44,155 bases of DNA from a bacterium (GTDB taxonomy: Bacteria; Zhuqueibacterota; Zhuqueibacteria; Oceanimicrobiales; Oceanimicrobiaceae): NCBI GenBank assembly GCA_037446635.1, contig JBBIIG010000034.1, forward strand, positions 1-44,155, written 5' to 3'. Positions within the stretch are counted from its first letter, which is position 1. Each line of letters begins with the position of its first letter. Shown one piece after another: positions 1 through 10,225 of the stretch. The notes under the pieces are model-generated. The model was not told the origin of the DNA, ran no database searches, and was given only the letters and a program-made list of their open reading frames with translations. The position numbers were made by a program, and so were the translations under genes.

Positions 1-3000
1 ATTCTTGAAAATTACAAGTTAAGCGACGACATGCCTTTTCTGCTCCCCCACTATTTCGAGGTGTTGGATGGCACCGTCAATGGCCGCTTGCAGATCACCG
101 AGCGGCGTCTGCCTACTCGCGGCTTCAACATCGCGGGCGGAGTCACTCTCAGCAACGCCCACATGAAGCTCGTCAACGAAAACCTCTATTTCGAGGACAT
201 TGTCGTTGACGCCGAAATCAAAGACTGGAATCTCTACATCAAGCGCGCCGCTCAAAAAATCAACGGCTCGCCGACGCTTGTGGAGGGCATGATCCAAAAC
301 CTGCTCGCTCCGGAATTAGAATTACGCCTGACCTCGCAGCAGTTCGACGTGGAGACGTTTTTGCGCGAATTCTTTCCCCAAAAGCACATCCCCCTCAAAG
401 GCCTGAGCCAACTCGATATAACTTTTAGCGACTCCTTTGCCCGTCCCAAAATCGCCGGCGCCATCAAAGCGGACAGCCTGTGGTTGAGCGGCCATAAATT
501 TAGCGGGTTTGAAACGAAACTCAATCTGCGCAATCAAGCGCTGGCGTTTGATGAGATTTCGGGCAGCCTCGGCAACGCCGAGATTTCTGGCGCCGGCCGC
601 ATCGACTTTATGTCGCCGGAAAAATTGCTCGACTTCGAGATCGCCCTGGCCGGCGATTTCACTCGCGAGCTGCAGCAGCTCGGCGCGCTCTCCGCCGACC
701 ACTGTGTGGGCCAGGCGCAAATCAACATTCTCGGACCGCTGGCGGCGCCGGTCAGCCGCGGCGAATTCAAGCTCTTTTTCACCGAGCCATCGGCGCCATC
801 GTTGACCTTCACCGGTTCGTTTACTTACAGCGACCAGCAATTATCTCTCAACACCGCCTCCAGCGATCACGACTGCCGCATCTACTTATCCGCGAAAAAC
901 CTTTTCAGCGCGCCGCGTTTCAGCATCGAGGGCACCAACGTCGAAAAGCTGCTGATGTTGTTCCCGACTCCGGAATCCGCTTTCATTCGCGAACATTATA
1001 GCTTCAACCTCCGAGCCGAAGGCGCCAGCAAAAAACCCTACATCCTGATTGATGGCTACCGTCGCGATAACTACGAAAAACTTTTTGAAATCGCCACCGA
1101 CACCACGGCCGAGCGCGCCGCCAACCTGCTGACGGGCAGCCTTTTGCTTTTTCCCAACAGCGGCGGCATTCCGGGAAATTTCGAGATCGATATCTCCCCC
1201 CAAAGCTTCAAGCTCCATCGTCTCTACATTGGCAACCGCAGCGACGGCGCAGTGGAGTTGCTGCAGCGGCGCGCAGGGGCGGATGGCGCGGCGCTGCTCA
1301 TCAGTGGCTTTCAATTTTCTCGCATCAATTCGCTGCTGGGAAATGTTCTGCCGCCGGTGACCGGCAACCTCTACGGCCGGATCGAGGTTGACTTGCAGGA
1401 TGACCAGCCGAAATATTTTGGCGAACTGTGGCTGCTGAACGGCTTCATCAAAAATTCCGGGCCGTTCAAAGGCGAGCTCAGTTTTGCGGCGGATGCTTCG
1501 CAGGTGGTTTGCCGTCGTTTGGCGCTAGAAAAGACCGATGGCGTCAGCCTTCTTGCCAAAGGCTCGTTCAATTTTTCCACCAAAGAAGTGGACGGCGACA
1601 TCGCCGCGCACAACCTCGACATCAACGAATTCGTTTATCTCGTGACCGGCCAACGTGGGTTGGTGGGAGGCAGCGCCCTGGTGCAGGCTTCGCTAAAGGG
1701 CCGCGGCCCCAACGTTCCGATTTACGGCAGCGTTAAAATCAGCAACGCCAGAGTGCTGGTTTTTGAATTTGATCGCGGGCAGTTCGATTTCGGCGGCGCC
1801 CTCGCCCCCAACGGCTCTTACCTCTCGCTGGATGCGCTGCAAATTGGCCGCGTCGTCCTGGAAAAATCGGAGCAATTCATTTTAAGCGGTACGGCGCGCT
1901 TGCCAATTACCAGCAAAAAGTCTCTGGATATCCACATGACCGGCGACGGCAATTTCCTCTCGCTGCTTTCAGATATCGATCCCTTTTTTGAAAAAACCAG
2001 CAGCACGGGCCGGCTGGATTTGCACATCGCGGGCCGCTACATGCGTCCGGATTTTTCTGGCAGCGCCTTCACTTGCCAAAACGGGGTGTTGTATCTGACT
2101 TCGGTGACGCGCAAAGTCGAGAACCTCGAGGCCGACTTGCGGGTGCGGCCGCAGGACTATTTTCTCGACATCGTGAAGCTGCAGGGCGCCATCCGTAAAG
2201 AGCCGTTCTGGATTTCCAACAGCAGTGTTTTAACCGGCATCAATCACGGCGTCTATGAGCCGCTGCGGGTCGCCGGCGACGATCTCAATCTTGGCGCCAT
2301 TTTTTTGAGAACCGGGCCCAACGGCGTTCCCCTCAACATCCCGGCGTTGATGGAGAGCGGCGATATCGGTTGGTACGAGTTGGTTGGAAAGGATTCGCTG
2401 GAGCAGTTCTTTGTCGCCGGGCCGTGGGCCAACCCGGTGGTGCGCGGCGAAGTGCGCACCCGCAACGCCAACCTGGTTTTCCCATTCGAGGAAAGCTCTG
2501 GCAGCGGCGAGTACACCCTGGTGCAAAAAATTATCGACAATATCAATTGGGACGTGCGCGCCCGCTCGATCAAAGACACCCGCTACGTCAAGCAGTTCAC
2601 CACCGGCGTCTATGTCAATATGGAACTGGACGCCAAAAACAGCAAGCTTGAATTCAGCGGCATTTTGCGGGACTCCACCTTCCGCATCGTCGGCGAAGTG
2701 CAGTCCACCCGCGGCGAATTTGAATACGTTGACCTGACGTTTCGGGTGGAGAAGTTCGGCGCGGAATTCGATCGCAACTCCCTCTACCCGGTGGTTTACG
2801 GCAAAGCCTGGACCGTGGTGCGCGACACCGCCAACGTTCCCAGCGACGTGTATCTGGAGTTGTACACGGTGGACGACGGCAATCGTGAAGTGAACCGAGG
2901 GCGTTGGGATCGGGTCAACATTAGGCTCTCCTCGGAATTTCCCGGCTACGCCCAAACCGAAAAAGATATTATGGCGACTCTGGGCTATTCTTCCGCAACC

Positions 3001-3441
3001 GTTGAGGAGCAGGCCACGCGCGTGGTGGGCTACAGCACCGACAAATTTCTTTTCCGCCCCATCATTCGCCCCATCGAACGGCAGCTTGAGCGCCGGCTGG
3101 GTCTGGACGTGGTGCGTTTCAGCTACGCGTTTGCGCGCAACTTTCTCGACGCCAACCTTAACGACGAGGAATTGAGCGCGTCGCTGGCGCTGCTGCGCAG
3201 CAGCCGCGTCGTCCTCGGAAAATATTTGACCGAAGATATTTATATCAATTACTCCGGCGAATTGAAAGCTGGCATCGATTTTCGCTATCAGGATCGCGGC
3301 GTCGGTTTGCAGCACGTGGTGGGCCTGGAATATCGCCTCAACCAAAGCTGGCTTTTGCAAATGGAGTACGATTACAACACGCTTTTGCAAACCCAGAGGG
3401 ATGACAAAAAAATCTGGCTGCGGCACTCGTTTACATTTTGA
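1..3441 (+). CDS. tamB: Translocation/assembly module TamB-like (AsmA-family) protein, 5'-partial
   Basis: Frame is open from base 1; >1130 aa of repetitive beta-rich sequence. C-terminus has the TamB-like pattern (VVLGKYLTEDIYINY...LEYRLNQSWLLQ...HSFTF). Lies directly upstream of bamA. Confidence 0.7.
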   Translation: MLENYKLSDDMPFLLPHYFEVLDGTVNGRLQITERRLPTRGFNIAGGVTLSNAHMKLVNENLYFEDIVVDAEIKDWNLYIKRAAQKINGSPTLVEGMIQNLLAPELELRLTSQQFDVETFLREFFPQKHIPLKGLSQLDITFSDSFARPKIAGAIKADSLWLSGHKFSGFETKLNLRNQALAFDEISGSLGNAEISGAGRIDFMSPEKLLDFEIALAGDFTRELQQLGALSADHCVGQAQINILGPLAAPVSRGEFKLFFTEPSAPSLTFTGSFTYSDQQLSLNTASSDHDCRIYLSAKNLFSAPRFSIEGTNVEKLLMLFPTPESAFIREHYSFNLRAEGASKKPYILIDGYRRDNYEKLFEIATDTTAERAANLLTGSLLLFPNSGGIPGNFEIDISPQSFKLHRLYIGNRSDGAVELLQRRAGADGAALLISGFQFSRINSLLGNVLPPVTGNLYGRIEVDLQDDQPKYFGELWLLNGFIKNSGPFKGELSFAADASQVVCRRLALEKTDGVSLLAKGSFNFSTKEVDGDIAAHNLDINEFVYLVTGQRGLVGGSALVQASLKGRGPNVPIYGSVKISNARVLVFEFDRGQFDFGGALAPNGSYLSLDALQIGRVVLEKSEQFILSGTARLPITSKKSLDIHMTGDGNFLSLLSDIDPFFEKTSSTGRLDLHIAGRYMRPDFSGSAFTCQNGVLYLTSVTRKVENLEADLRVRPQDYFLDIVKLQGAIRKEPFWISNSSVLTGINHGVYEPLRVAGDDLNLGAIFLRTGPNGVPLNIPALMESGDIGWYELVGKDSLEQFFVAGPWANPVVRGEVRTRNANLVFPFEESSGSGEYTLVQKIIDNINWDVRARSIKDTRYVKQFTTGVYVNMELDAKNSKLEFSGILRDSTFRIVGEVQSTRGEFEYVDLTFRVEKFGAEFDRNSLYPVVYGKAWTVVRDTANVPSDVYLELYTVDDGNREVNRGRWDRVNIRLSSEFPGYAQTEKDIMATLGYSSATVEEQATRVVGYSTDKFLFRPIIRPIERQLERRLGLDVVRFSYAFARNFLDANLNDEELSASLALLRSSRVVLGKYLTEDIYINYSGELKAGIDFRYQDRGVGLQHVVGLEYRLNQSWLLQMEYDYNTLLQTQRDDKKIWLRHSFTF

Positions 3442-3621
3442 GAAATGCAAACCCTACCTGTCAGGGTTCGGAACCGGACCGGGTTTAAATAACAACCGAA
3501 ATAAAATGAACTTTTCACCGGCGAATTTGGTTAGAAAGACTGCCTGATTCGTCCATCACCCAGCAAAGGGTCGCCGTAATTTTAAACCAATTGCGTCGTT
3601 AATAAAAGGAGTATTTTTGCG

Positions 3622-5955
3622 ATGTCTCGAGTTGGATTCAATACGCTGCTTTGTGGGATGATCGCCCTCACGATCGTTCTTTTCGCCAACGATTCCCCGG
3701 CGCAGCTTGAACGGCGGACGCTCAAGCTCGTCGGCTTGTCGGTGGAAGGCAACCGCACCGCCGACGCCAACTTTATCAAGTTGAATTCCGGCCTCTCCAT
3801 CGATCAGGAAATCAGCGGCGAAGACATCCAGAAAGCCATCAAGCAGTTATGGAGCTTGAACATGTTTTCGGACATCGAAGTGGCGCTGGATAAGGAAGTA
3901 GGCAGCTCGGTCTATCTCACCATCAAAGTCAAAGAATATCCCCGCCTCGATCGCATCGAACTGGAGGGCAATAAAAAAATCAAAAAGAAGGACCTCGAAA
4001 AAGAGCTCGACCTCTATAAAGGCCAGGTTTTAAGCCCCCGGGAATTAAGAAAGGCGCAATCCAAGATCAAAAAGCTCTATGAACAAAAAGGTTATTTGCT
4101 GGCGGAGGTGGAAGGCCGCGAGCGCCCCGGCCAAAAAGAGGGGCAATCGATCCTGCGACTTAAAATAAAGGAAGGCAATAAAGTCACCATCGAAGGCATC
4201 CGCTTTCATGGCAACACTTCATTTACCAACAAGAAACTCCGCAAACAATTAAAAGACACCAAAGAGAACGGCTTCCTCTTTTTCGGCGGCGGCGATTTCG
4301 AGCAAAGCAAATTTGAAGAAGATAAGAAAAAGCTGGTGGCCTTTTACCGCAAAGAAGGCTTTCGCGACGCGGAGGTGGTGAGAGACTCCATTTCCTACGG
4401 CCCCAACAAACAGGACATGTACATCGACATCTGGGTGCGCGAAGGCACCCGCTACCACTTCGGCGATATCACCTGGGAGGGCAACGAGCTTTATACTAAT
4501 GAGCAGTTGAACAATCAACTCGATTTTAAAAAGGGCGATGTCTATAATAAAGAAAAGGTCGAAAAGGCTGTGTTCGAGCGCATCGGCAGCCTTTACTACG
4601 ACGCCGGCTACATCTTTGCACAGATCACGCCGCAAGAAAAGCCGGTCACCGTCGATACCGTGGATCTGCACTTCAAAATCATCGAAGGCAACGCGGTAAA
4701 AGTCAATAAAATCCACATCTCCGGCAACACCAAAACCAAAGAGAAAGTCATTCGCCGCGAGCTGAGAATTCGGCCGGGCGACACCTTTAGCCGGGAGGCG
4801 CTGATTCGCAGCCAGCGGGAAATTTTCATCCTCAATTATTTTGCCGACGTCCGGCCCGACGTGCAGCCGGTCAACGACGAGTATGTGGACATCAGCCTCG
4901 AAGTGGAAGAAAAATCCACCGACACCGCCAACCTCTCGGCCGGCTACAGCGAGCGCGACAAGCTCATCGGCAGCGTCGGCGTCACCATGAACAACTTTTT
5001 CGGCAACGGCCAGATTCTCAGCTTCGACTGGAATTTTGGCCGCGCGTTCCGCTCGTTTCAAGTAAGCTTCACCGAGCCGTGGTTCCTCGATTCGCCGACG
5101 CTGGTGGGAGTGAGCCTGTACGACACCAAACGCGACCGCCGCTTCACTGGCTACGAACAGCACAGCCAGGGCGCCTCGGTGCGATTGGGGCGGCGGCTGC
5201 GCTGGCCAGATAATTTTTTCCGCGCCGATTGGATTTACCGCATCGACCGCACCGACCTGTCAAACTTCATTCAAGATATTATTGATTTGAACCCCAACGG
5301 CATCGCCACCCAAAAATGGCCGCTCACCACCAGCAGCGTTACTCAAATCATCACCCGCAACAGCCTGGATCGGCCGGAATTCCCCACACAAGGATCGCGC
5401 TTTTCGATTTCCACTGAAATCTCCGGTGGGCCCCTCGGCGGCAACGTCAGCTATCATAAACACATCATTCAAAACGAATGGTTTAATCCGATCTTCTGGA
5501 GTTTCGTTTTATTCAATAGCGTGCAGGCTGGATACATCGAAGGCTTTGGCCGTGACCGCGACAACATTCCCTTTCTGGAGTTTTTCTTCATGGGCGGCGA
5601 GGGCTTGTCGCGCTCCATCCCCCTGCGCGGCTACAACGACCCGCTCTCCAGACAAGTGACGCAGCCCGGCGGCAAAGTCATGTTCAAATACAGCACCGAG
5701 CTGCGTTTCCCGATTTCACCGAACCCCACCATCTTCGGGCTGGCTTTTGCCGAGGCCGGCAACACCTGGGAGGGTCTCAACAAAACCGACCTGTTTGATT
5801 TGCGGCGCTCGGTGGGCGTCGGCATTCGCATCTTCATGCCGATGTTGGGAATTTTGGGATTTGATTACGCCTACGGTTTCGACAACATCAATCCCGCCAC
5901 CGGCGAAAAATTTGGCGACTGGAAACCGCACTTCGTTTTTGGAAGAAGCTTTTAA
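3622..5955 (+). CDS. bamA: Outer membrane protein assembly factor BamA
   Basis: Signal peptide, POTRA repeats (IHISGNTKTKEKVIRRELRIRPGDTFS), LRGY motif in the barrel loop, C-terminal F; RBS AAGGAG. Confidence 0.95.
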   Translation: MSRVGFNTLLCGMIALTIVLFANDSPAQLERRTLKLVGLSVEGNRTADANFIKLNSGLSIDQEISGEDIQKAIKQLWSLNMFSDIEVALDKEVGSSVYLTIKVKEYPRLDRIELEGNKKIKKKDLEKELDLYKGQVLSPRELRKAQSKIKKLYEQKGYLLAEVEGRERPGQKEGQSILRLKIKEGNKVTIEGIRFHGNTSFTNKKLRKQLKDTKENGFLFFGGGDFEQSKFEEDKKKLVAFYRKEGFRDAEVVRDSISYGPNKQDMYIDIWVREGTRYHFGDITWEGNELYTNEQLNNQLDFKKGDVYNKEKVEKAVFERIGSLYYDAGYIFAQITPQEKPVTVDTVDLHFKIIEGNAVKVNKIHISGNTKTKEKVIRRELRIRPGDTFSREALIRSQREIFILNYFADVRPDVQPVNDEYVDISLEVEEKSTDTANLSAGYSERDKLIGSVGVTMNNFFGNGQILSFDWNFGRAFRSFQVSFTEPWFLDSPTLVGVSLYDTKRDRRFTGYEQHSQGASVRLGRRLRWPDNFFRADWIYRIDRTDLSNFIQDIIDLNPNGIATQKWPLTTSSVTQIITRNSLDRPEFPTQGSRFSISTEISGGPLGGNVSYHKHIIQNEWFNPIFWSFVLFNSVQAGYIEGFGRDRDNIPFLEFFFMGGEGLSRSIPLRGYNDPLSRQVTQPGGKVMFKYSTELRFPISPNPTIFGLAFAEAGNTWEGLNKTDLFDLRRSVGVGIRIFMPMLGILGFDYAYGFDNINPATGEKFGDWKPHFVFGRSF

Positions 5956-5981
5956 TTTTAAATAAACCAAAATACAATTTA

Positions 5982-6572
5982 ATGGAGGCAAGTGTGATAC
6001 GTACGAAACCAGCGATTTTTAACTTAATCTTGATGTCGCTCTTCCTGGCCTTTGCTGCCCAGCCGGCCTTGGCGCAGTTGAAGATTGGCTATATCGATTC
6101 CGAAAAGGTAAAGTCCGTGTACAAAGAATTCCTCGATGTCGCCAAGAAGCTGCAAGAACTGAATCAAACCTGGGAACGCGAAGCCAAGGACATGGAGAAG
6201 CAAATCAAAGACATGCAGGATCAACTGGAGGCGCAGAGCCTGTTGCTGAGCGAAGAAAGAAAGGCCGAGAAACAGCAGGAAATTCAGGCGCTCTACATCA
6301 AATATCAGCAATTCCTGAATGAAAAATGGGGACAGCAGGGCGAGGCGCTGAAAAAAGAGGTAGAGTACATGCAGCCGGTGTACGAAAAAATCCGCAAGGC
6401 CATTCAAAAGATTGGCCAGGATTTGGGTTACCACTACATTTTCGATATCGTGGCCGGCAATATCGTCTATGCCTCGGAAGATCAGCCTGACCTGACGGAT
6501 AAGCTGCTGGAAGAGCTCAACAAAGGCATCCCGGCCAGCACCACCAACGCCGCGACCGAAGGCAAAAAGTAA
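5982..6572 (+). CDS. skp: OmpH/Skp periplasmic chaperone (true start probably GTG at 5994)
   Basis: Signal peptide then LKIGYIDSEKV, coiled-coil body, GYHYIFD...DLTDKLL; follows bamA. Confidence 0.9.
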   Translation: MEASVIRTKPAIFNLILMSLFLAFAAQPALAQLKIGYIDSEKVKSVYKEFLDVAKKLQELNQTWEREAKDMEKQIKDMQDQLEAQSLLLSEERKAEKQQEIQALYIKYQQFLNEKWGQQGEALKKEVEYMQPVYEKIRKAIQKIGQDLGYHYIFDIVAGNIVYASEDQPDLTDKLLEELNKGIPASTTNAATEGKK

Positions 6573-6605
6573 TTTTTAGAGCCTTGCTTTTGGGCAAAGA
6601 GTAAG

Positions 6606-6781
6606 CCCAAATCCGAATTCCGTCAGCCAAAGGCTGATCCGCTTTGGCGGAAAAACTCGAAACAAATCGAATATTAAATGACAAAGGTTTTGGGGCATTT
6701 GAATTTAATTTTGATATTGTTTCGAGTTTCGTGCTTCGGATTTCGGGTTACGAGGTGCTAACCAAAATCATGGTTAGCACC
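6606..6781. repeat. Intergenic palindromic/low-complexity repeat patch
   Basis: Long imperfect inverted repeat (AAATCCGAA...CTCGAAACAA / TTGTTTCGAG...TTCGGATTT), an internal CCGCTTTGGCGG hairpin, and a perfect 11-bp stem GGTGCTAACCA(6754-6764)/TGGTTAGCACC(6771-6781). Confidence 0.6.
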
Positions 6782-6878
6782 ATCTAATTGCCGCCATCCA
6801 CAAACAATCTCTTGCATTCCAGATTTTTCCGCGCTATTTTTAAACCATCAAACAAGAAATTCGAGTAGGGAGTGAGAA

Positions 6879-7334
6879 TTGGAACAACCACAAGATCCTG
6901 TGCTGGACGCCATCGCCATTCAAAAAATTTTACCTCATCGCTACCCGTTTTTGCTGGTGGATAAAATCATCGAACTGACGCCGCTGCAGCGCGCCGTGGG
7001 CATCAAAAACGTGACCCACAACGAGCCGTTTTTTCCCGGCCATTTTCCGGGCCATCCAATTATGCCGGGGGTGTTGATCATCGAGGCTATGGCGCAAACC
7101 GGCGGGGTGATGCTTTTGAACAGCGAAGCCAACCCCGGCGGCAAGCTGGTTTATTTCACCGGCATCGAAAACGCCAAATTCCGCAAGCCGGTGCGGCCGG
7201 GCGATCAACTGCGCTTCGAGATGGAGATGATAAAATTTCGCGCCCCCATCTGCAAAATGGCCGGCAAAGCGTTTGTGGATGGCGTGCTGGTTTGCGAAGC
7301 CGAGTTGTCGGCGGCGATCGTGGACAGAGAATAA
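6879..7334 (+). CDS. fabZ: 3-hydroxyacyl-ACP dehydratase
   Basis: [38 protein letters not shown] and [11 protein letters not shown] signature motifs; TTG start. Confidence 0.95.
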   Translation: MEQPQDPVLDAIAIQKILPHRYPFLLVDKIIELTPLQRAVGIKNVTHNEPFFPGHFPGHPIMPGVLIIEAMAQTGGVMLLNSEANPGGKLVYFTGIENAKFRKPVRPGDQLRFEMEMIKFRAPICKMAGKAFVDGVLVCEAELSAAIVDRE

Positions 7335-7340
7335 CAGAAC

Positions 7341-7366
7341 CACGAATTGCACGAATTGCACGAATT
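7341..7366 (+). repeat. Tandem 9-mer CACGAATTG x3
   Basis: CACGAATTG CACGAATTG CACGAATT read directly. Confidence 0.8.
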
Positions 7367-7432
7367 TTTGACTTTTTAATTCGGATAGATAGTTTGCCAC
7401 ATATTGGTTGATACTCGATTTTTAAAGCACCT

Positions 7433-8251
7433 ATGCAGGCTATAGAACCCTGGCGTTTCCTCGATACCGGCGCTTGTGACGGCGCCTTCAACATGGCGGT
7501 GGATGAAGGACTGGCGCGCGCCAGCAACTCATCGCAGCCGATTTTACGCGTCTATCGCTGGCAGCCGTTCACCATCTCAATTGGTTACCATCAGGACAGC
7601 GAAGAGGTGGATGCACAAAAATGCTGGCGCGACGGCGTCGGGGTGGTACTTCGTGCCACCGGCGGCCTGGCGATTTTTCACGCGCATGAAGTTACCTACA
7701 GCGTGATCATCCCCAAAGGCCACGGCTGGTTCGCCAAATCGAGCTTATTTGTGTACAATGAAATCAGTGCGGCGCTGGCCCTGGGATTGCAGTCGGTTGG
7801 GCTGCCGGTAAAATTGGAAAAACGCCCGCAGCCGGACGCGGATTTTGCCGGCTACCGCCGCCAGTTTGCGTGCTTCGCGTCGTCGGCGCGTTTTGAAATT
7901 CATTCTCAATCCAAAAAGTTAGTGGGAAGCGCGCAGCGGCGTTTTGAGAACGCCCTGCTGCAGCACGGCTCGATTCTGCTCGGCGACCAGCATTTGCGTT
8001 TGGTTGATTATTTAGCCCATGACAAAAACGGTGAGCTGGCGGCGGCGCGCCAACAGTTGCAAAACAAGACCACGACCATCGAGGCCGTTTTGAATCGCGA
8101 AGTGAGCTACGAAGAAATCGCCCGCTGCGTGAAAAGCGGATTTGAAATTTCATTGAACATAAATTTTGAAACGCAGCCGCTGACCGCGGCCGAATTGCAA
8201 AGTATTAATCAACTCAAAATACATTACTCTGACTTAAGGAGGAGGTTATGA
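7433..8251 (+). CDS. Lipoate-protein ligase A / LipM octanoyltransferase family protein
   Basis: WRFLDTG...FNMAVDE, LRVYRW...ISIGYHQ, RATGGLAIFH, KKLVGSAQRR...LQHGSI motifs. Confidence 0.85.
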   Translation: MQAIEPWRFLDTGACDGAFNMAVDEGLARASNSSQPILRVYRWQPFTISIGYHQDSEEVDAQKCWRDGVGVVLRATGGLAIFHAHEVTYSVIIPKGHGWFAKSSLFVYNEISAALALGLQSVGLPVKLEKRPQPDADFAGYRRQFACFASSARFEIHSQSKKLVGSAQRRFENALLQHGSILLGDQHLRLVDYLAHDKNGELAAARQQLQNKTTTIEAVLNREVSYEEIARCVKSGFEISLNINFETQPLTAAELQSINQLKIHYSDLRRRL

Positions 8252-9057
8252 AACGTTCCCTGTTGGTTTTCCTGGCTGTGGCTTTCGTTTTTGTTTTAAA
8301 TATCCCCACTTCCCACGCACAGTATTTCAAGTTCATTGACGCCAATGGCAATCCGCTTCCAGACGCTCAGATCGAAGAAGAAGTGGACGCCATTCTCAAG
8401 TTCTTCAATTCGCTGGTGGGCGGCGGCATGTTTCACACCGCCGATCTCCACAGCGTCGCCGGCATCGACGTCGGGCTGCGCGGGGTGGTGGCCAACGTTC
8501 CGGAAAAATTTAAGGAGCTGCCGGTGTTTTCCGAAGAGAACCTGCTGGGGCTGGCGTTTCTGCACGGCAGCATCGGGCTGCCGGCCAATTTTGAATTGTT
8601 CGGGCGATTTTTTTATTTTCCACTGGGCGCCAATCAGGATTTGAACGTCGATCCGCCGCGCGCCGCCGACAGCCGCGGCGGCATCACCCTCATCGGCGGC
8701 GGCCTGCGCTACGGGCTGCTGCAGCGCACCGGCATCCCGAAAATTACTGTAATGGGCACCTATCACGCCGTGCTCGTCCCCGATGAATTTGATTTTGGCA
8801 CTGTGGGCACCTTGAGCTTCAAAGCTGTGGCCAGCCACGCGCTGCCCATTTTTACACTATTTGTCGCCGGCGGAATCGATATCACGCGCTTGAAGCTGAA
8901 CGACGAATTTTTAGACGGCGAGAGTTTTACCGAAACCACGCCGCACGGCACCGTGGGGATCAAAGTCAGCGTGCTGCCGCTGGTTCACGTCAACGGCTCG
9001 TACAGCATCAGCGAATTTAGAAGCTTCTCGCTGGGATTGGGGATTAGCATCCGGTAA
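8248..9057 (+). CDS. Putative outer-membrane beta-barrel protein (DUF6588-like)
   Basis: Signal peptide ending SHA; alternating beta strands; terminal FSLGLGISIR. Family assignment is from memory of similar proteins. Confidence 0.55.
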   Translation: MKRSLLVFLAVAFVFVLNIPTSHAQYFKFIDANGNPLPDAQIEEEVDAILKFFNSLVGGGMFHTADLHSVAGIDVGLRGVVANVPEKFKELPVFSEENLLGLAFLHGSIGLPANFELFGRFFYFPLGANQDLNVDPPRAADSRGGITLIGGGLRYGLLQRTGIPKITVMGTYHAVLVPDEFDFGTVGTLSFKAVASHALPIFTLFVAGGIDITRLKLNDEFLDGESFTETTPHGTVGIKVSVLPLVHVNGSYSISEFRSFSLGLGISIR

Positions 9058-9062
9058 ATTCA

Positions 9063-10217
9063 ATGAAACGCGTCGCCATTCTCGGCTCCACCGGCTCGAT
9101 TGGCCGCAATTGTCTCGAAGTGATCGAGCAGCAGCGCTCGCGCTTTCAGGTGCAGTATCTGACCGCGAACGGCAACGTCGAGCTGTTGCTGCAGCAGGCG
9201 AAGAAATTTCGCCCGCGGGCCGCAGCGGTCTTGCGGGAAAAAGCGTCGGCATCGTTTTCCACACAATTCAAAGAATTGGGCGTGGAACTGCTGAGCGGCT
9301 TCGATGGGCTGCTGGAGATCAGTCAGCGCGAGGATGCGGACATCGTCGTCAATGCGCTGGTGGGCGCCGCTGGCTTGCGGCCGACGCTCAGCGCGCTGAA
9401 GCGCCGGCGGCGGGTGGCGCTGGCCAACAAGGAATCGCTGGTGATGGGCGGCCAGTTTGTGATGGCCGCCGCCGAAAAAGTCGGCGCGGAAATTATCCCC
9501 ATCGACAGCGAGCACAGCGCGCTTTTGCAGTGCCTGGCCGGCGAGGATCCGCAAACCATCGATGCGGTAATTTTGACAGCCTCCGGCGGCCCCTTTCGCA
9601 AGCGCGCGGTTGGCGATTTTCCGCAGGTCACCGTCGAGCAGGCGCTCACTCATCCCAATTGGAACATGGGGAAAAAAATCACCATCGATTCGGCGACGCT
9701 GATGAACAAAGGGCTCGAGGTCATCGAGGCGCACTGGCTGTTCAAATTAGAGGCGGCGAAAATCAAAGTGGTCATTCATCCGCAATCCATCATTCACAGC
9801 ATGGTGGAATTTCGGGACGGATCGATCAAGGCACAGCTTGGGTTGCCCGACATGCGCCTGCCGATTCAATACGCGTTGACCTATCCCGAGCGGCTGGCGG
9901 CCGATTTCCCCCGTCTCGATTTCCGCAAACTGAAAGACCTGACGTTTGAAGAACCGGATTTCGAAAAATTCCGCTGTCTCAAGTTATGCTATGAAGCCTT
10001 GGAAAGCGGCGGCGCGGCGCCGGCGGTGCTCAACGCCGCCAACGAAGAAGCGGTGCAGCTTTTCTTGAATCGTAAGATTGGGTTCCACCAGATTCCACGC
10101 ATTGTAGAAAGCGCGTTGTCGAAATGCCGGCTCAACAGTCTGCACAGTGTGGAAGAATTGTTGGAATATGATCGCTGGTCGCGAGAGTTTGTTCGCAATC
10201 ATTTTAATCAGCTTTAA
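9063..10217 (+). CDS. dxr: 1-deoxy-D-xylulose-5-phosphate reductoisomerase
   Basis: ILGSTGSIG, LANKESLV, PIDSEHSA, LTASGGPF, HPNWNMGKKITIDSATLMNKGLEVIEAHWLF. Confidence 0.97.
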   Translation: MKRVAILGSTGSIGRNCLEVIEQQRSRFQVQYLTANGNVELLLQQAKKFRPRAAAVLREKASASFSTQFKELGVELLSGFDGLLEISQREDADIVVNALVGAAGLRPTLSALKRRRRVALANKESLVMGGQFVMAAAEKVGAEIIPIDSEHSALLQCLAGEDPQTIDAVILTASGGPFRKRAVGDFPQVTVEQALTHPNWNMGKKITIDSATLMNKGLEVIEAHWLFKLEAAKIKVVIHPQSIIHSMVEFRDGSIKAQLGLPDMRLPIQYALTYPERLAADFPRLDFRKLKDLTFEEPDFEKFRCLKLCYEALESGGAAPAVLNAANEEAVQLFLNRKIGFHQIPRIVESALSKCRLNSLHSVEELLEYDRWSREFVRNHFNQL

Positions 10218-10225
10218 GTGAGGTC

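Noticed and set aside
6606..7366. CRISPR array or structured ncRNA
   Set aside because: Short 7-9-nt tandem and palindromic motifs only; no regular repeat-spacer pattern and no recognisable RNA family.
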